Shown piece by piece: positions 17,716-20,832 of a stretch of 20,832 nucleotides of DNA (position 1 is its first letter; the number at the start of each line of letters is the position of its first letter). The position numbers and the translations under genes are program-made. Source of the stretch: an uncultured virus (IMG/VR IMGVR_UViG_3300038314_001147). Lineage: Duplodnaviria; Heunggongvirae; Uroviricota; Caudoviricetes. The stretch spans positions 62,001 to 82,832 of the IMG/VR virus record IMGVR_UViG_3300038314_001147. One strand, written 5' to 3'. Under the pieces are notes generated by a model. The model worked only from the letters and a program-made list of their open reading frames with translations. It made no database searches and was not told where the DNA came from.

Positions 17716-18393
17716 ATGGCAACATTAAACGAGATCACATATAGTATTAAAAATCAATTAAGCGGATACGTCATTACTGATGATAATCGCCTTGATGATG
17801 CGTTTATACAACACGAAATTAAACAATATAGATCTACTCTTATAAAAGAAATGTATAGAGATACAAAAAGATTAGATTCTGCATTATATCAATTTTGTTA
17901 TTGTTTGAAGGTAACTTGTGATACCGTTATTTGTGATGGAAATGTAGCAGAAGCAAAAATAGATTACGTTGAAGTTCCACCTCTTGAAGGGTCGATAGGA
18001 TGGGAAAACGTAAAGTATTTTGGCTCTTTAGATGATGCTACGCCATATTATAGAAGGACTTATGAAGGATTAACATATTCTTCAGATGGTCAATACACAG
18101 CTAACATGCCTCAATATTCAGTAATTGGAGGAAAGGCTTATTTTACTAAGCTTGTATCTCCTTCTGTTAAATATATGAAAATGTTAGCAATATTAGAAGA
18201 CCCATTAAAATGTAGAAAAGAAGGGTGTAGCTCTATTACTCCAGATGATCCTTATCCAGTACCTTCTGCAATGTTAGCTAAATTAGAAATGCTTGTTATG
18301 AAACAAATATCACAAGGGCTTTCTATTCCACCTGACGTTAAGAATGATGCTGAAGGAGTAGTATACCAAGAACAACCCGTTAAAAGAGAATAA
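17716..18393 (+). CDS. putative tail ring/tubular protein
   Basis: ATG at 17716 preferred over the track GTG at 17683. TLNEITYSI...DD...I...YRSTLIK and AILEDP...DDPYPVP patterns are typical of crAss-like ring proteins; 6 Cys. Confidence 0.6.
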   Translation: MATLNEITYSIKNQLSGYVITDDNRLDDAFIQHEIKQYRSTLIKEMYRDTKRLDSALYQFCYCLKVTCDTVICDGNVAEAKIDYVEVPPLEGSIGWENVKYFGSLDDATPYYRRTYEGLTYSSDGQYTANMPQYSVIGGKAYFTKLVSPSVKYMKMLAILEDPLKCRKEGCSSITPDDPYPVPSAMLAKLEMLVMKQISQGLSIPPDVKNDAEGVVYQEQPVKRE

Positions 18394-18395
18394 TT

Positions 18396-18785
18396 ATGGC
18401 AGCAACGTACTTAACAATTGAAAGTAACTTTTATTATAATGATAAGTTATTTAAAGCTCAAACTCAATATACAGTTTTTGAGAAAACATGTGTAGAATCT
18501 GGATGTGGATGTGCTGGAAAAGGCAAGACGCAAGTATGCACCTGGAACATTACAGATAATGGGAAAACATATGCTATACCAGAGGCATTTGCATTTGAAT
18601 CAAATATTAAATTAGATACAACACCGCCTAATTCAGATGTTTTTCAAGATGCATATGATTATGGTAGAGGAAAAGATTCAAAGAAGAGTAATATGTATCA
18701 TGACAAACACACAAATTATAAATCTATTCAGAATAGGAACAGTTCTGCAGCTATTAGAGCAGCAGCTGATGACATACCAATGTAA
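18396..18785 (+). CDS. hypothetical protein with CxxxGCGC motif
   Basis: 129 aa; TCVESGCGCAG...VCTW; stop overlaps the next start (TAATG). Confidence 0.65.
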   Translation: MAATYLTIESNFYYNDKLFKAQTQYTVFEKTCVESGCGCAGKGKTQVCTWNITDNGKTYAIPEAFAFESNIKLDTTPPNSDVFQDAYDYGRGKDSKKSNMYHDKHTNYKSIQNRNSSAAIRAAADDIPM

Positions 18786-20722
18786 TGGACGAAGAAAAGT
18801 ATAAATTATTATTAGAGAGATACAATACGGATAATGACTTATCTATATTTGAAAAAAGGCAATTAGCAGGTTTTGTTCAATCAGATATAAATAATATGAT
18901 GGAGAATGATCCTAGCTTTAATAAACAATTATTTAAGCAGGCTAAGGATAATGTAATGAAAGGTACTGATTTTTATTATCAAACTAGTGTAAAAACAGAC
19001 GCACAAAAAAAAGAACTGAATAGATCTACTCTAGGGCAACGTGCTGACGATATAATAACTAAAGAGGATATTACAAGTATTGAATCTGGAACTCCTTCTT
19101 ACTTATATAAAAAAGGAAGTATATATCAAGGTGAGAAGGTAGATGAGATAACTGATCAATATCAGGGAAGAAAATCAGGAATGGGAGTTACTTCGTATAA
19201 AACTTCTGGAGAGACTAACCAAAGGACAGGATACGGTAAAGTAGATTTAGACCTAACTGAACTTACTGAAGATCAAATGATTAATATGGCTTATGCAGAT
19301 AAAGGTTCGTTTCATGATGCAACTTTTATAGGAGTAGCTGGATGTGGTGATAATATGACATGTATAGGATCCCAAACACATACTGTTCTAGATGCTATAG
19401 ATGCCTGGAATAATGTTGATGGAAACCCTAAAGTAAATCTACCTAATGACAAAGTAATTTCATCTCATGACAGATTTTGGCGAGATAGTTATTCAGGAAA
19501 TGAAGCTGAATATGGAGAATATGGGAAAAAGAAAGATGAAAGAAATTTTGTTACTACACATCATAATCTAGTTGATATGTATGAAAACGGAGATACAAGA
19601 AAGGGAAAACTAATCCCTACTGCATTGGCTGATATGTTAGCAGACCTTCAACCAGGAGATATGATGGGGATAGGAGGAGGTTCTACTCCTAGTCATGCTA
19701 TAATGTATGCAGGTGGAGTTAGGCATAGAACAGATAAATCTGATGCATATGGAGATCCTATATATGAAAGTTTTGATTTTAATACAGAAGACGGATATAA
19801 AGCTGGTTTAGCTTATTTAGAAGAGCAATCTAGTACAGAGAGAGGGTTAAGTCTTAGTGACTTTGATTTTTTAAATATGCAAGATCATACCGAAAATGCA
19901 CCGTGGCAATTTGAAACATATGGACTTGGTGCCATGTTTGGTGCTTCTGGAGGTCCAGAGGTTACCGACACCTATAATAACGATGATCCTTCGGATGATT
20001 ATACTTATTCTTCAAGTCGAACCTATGTATCTAGTTTCGATGGCAATAAAGCTTATGATACATGGTATAATAATACTTATACTCAACCTTTAGCTGATAA
20101 AAATGAATTATTAACATCATTAAGTAACGAAGCTTACATCTCACAGAGTAGTAACACGTGGAAAGGAGTAGAAACAAAGAGTAATGTTTGGAATCAAGTT
20201 AAGGATATTGAAACTCCTCTTAGTATATCGGAAGATGAAAGGAAAAAAGATAAGAAAACTCCAGGTGGTAGAGATATTCACGAATCATGGGATCGTCATG
20301 ATACTCCAACTCCTCCTCAGACTACTGGTAACGAATCAGAACATAATAGTAATATATTTAATTCTATGAGAGAAGGGATAAGAAATATATTTGGCGGTGG
20401 GAATGACGAGAGAAAAGCAGGAGGTGCTATAAATTATAATGTAGGAGAATCAAATATAGAAGGAGAAGGATTATTTGCCTCAAAAGATATTGGAACAGGA
20501 GAAAGAATAGGAACAGCAATATATAATAAAGGAGGTCTTACGAGAACTGAAATTGGAAAAAAAGTTAATCATAGATTTCAGGATAATGCATCTTTAGATT
20601 ATGAAGGCGGTGGGCGTTATGGATTGTATTCTACAAAAAAAATTAATAAAGGTGGTGAAATAACATCTAATTATAAAGCTACACCTGAATTTATAGATAA
20701 AAATACATCTGGATATGTCTAG
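18785..20722 (+). CDS. multidomain protein: candidate NlpC/P60-like peptidase region plus C-terminal SET domain
   Basis: MTCIGS...LQPGDMMGI...SHAIMYAG in the middle. C-terminal SNIEGEGLFASKDIGTGERIG...KVNH...N...YSTKKINKGGEITSNY matches SET motifs. Confidence 0.75.
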   Translation: MDEEKYKLLLERYNTDNDLSIFEKRQLAGFVQSDINNMMENDPSFNKQLFKQAKDNVMKGTDFYYQTSVKTDAQKKELNRSTLGQRADDIITKEDITSIESGTPSYLYKKGSIYQGEKVDEITDQYQGRKSGMGVTSYKTSGETNQRTGYGKVDLDLTELTEDQMINMAYADKGSFHDATFIGVAGCGDNMTCIGSQTHTVLDAIDAWNNVDGNPKVNLPNDKVISSHDRFWRDSYSGNEAEYGEYGKKKDERNFVTTHHNLVDMYENGDTRKGKLIPTALADMLADLQPGDMMGIGGGSTPSHAIMYAGGVRHRTDKSDAYGDPIYESFDFNTEDGYKAGLAYLEEQSSTERGLSLSDFDFLNMQDHTENAPWQFETYGLGAMFGASGGPEVTDTYNNDDPSDDYTYSSSRTYVSSFDGNKAYDTWYNNTYTQPLADKNELLTSLSNEAYISQSSNTWKGVETKSNVWNQVKDIETPLSISEDERKKDKKTPGGRDIHESWDRHDTPTPPQTTGNESEHNSNIFNSMREGIRNIFGGGNDERKAGGAINYNVGESNIEGEGLFASKDIGTGERIGTAIYNKGGLTRTEIGKKVNHRFQDNASLDYEGGGRYGLYSTKKINKGGEITSNYKATPEFIDKNTSGYV

Positions 20723-20832
20723 TAAATTAAAAAGATATTGGAGTAGATTTGTTAGTTTTTATTATAAAAGAAACAATGTAGATGATGTACTAAATTTAAA
20801 AAGTTATAAAACTTCTTTTAATTCTTTTAAGA
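20715..20832 (+). CDS. 5' part of next gene (partial)
   Basis: ATG at 20715 overlaps the previous stop; frame is open to the window end (MSSKLKRYWSRFVSFYYKRNNVDD...). Confidence 0.55.
   Translation, partial: MSSKLKRYWSRFVSFYYKRNNVDDVLNLKSYKTSFNSFK

Noticed and set aside
14686..20369. Nested alternative-frame plus ORFs (14686-14934, 19896-20093, 20184-20369)
   Set aside because: L/I/M-rich off-frame shadows expected from T-ending codons; fully inside larger genes.
1..20832. Alternative genetic code (TAG or TGA recoding) as in some crAss-like phages
   Set aside because: TerL, portal and MCP are intact under the standard code with near-complete coding density; TAG and TGA occur at plausible gene ends.

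Overview
AT-rich, densely coding, all-plus-strand segment of a tailed dsDNA phage genome, most similar in content and order to crAss-like (Crassvirales) or related Bacteroidota phages. Gene order: RusA-like resolvase, small ORFs, putative TerS, lysis cassette (membrane protein, holin, Amidase_3 endolysin, lipoprotein spanin candidate), TerL, portal, three unexplained large ORFs, acidic scaffold-like protein, major capsid protein, head-tail/ring proteins, a Cys-rich cluster with a CxxC membrane protein, and a 645-aa protein with a candidate NlpC/P60-like region and a clear C-terminal SET domain. Most interesting: (1) a phage SET-domain fusion in the virion module; (2) a recurring phi-x-x-G-G motif shared by the putative cargo proteins, which also carry a peptidoglycan-binding-like motif, a beta-barrel-like C-terminus and hydrophobic helices, suggesting a processed trans-envelope ejection system; (3) a possible phage-encoded disulfide or redox system. 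All calls come from motif reading and synteny; no searches were run.
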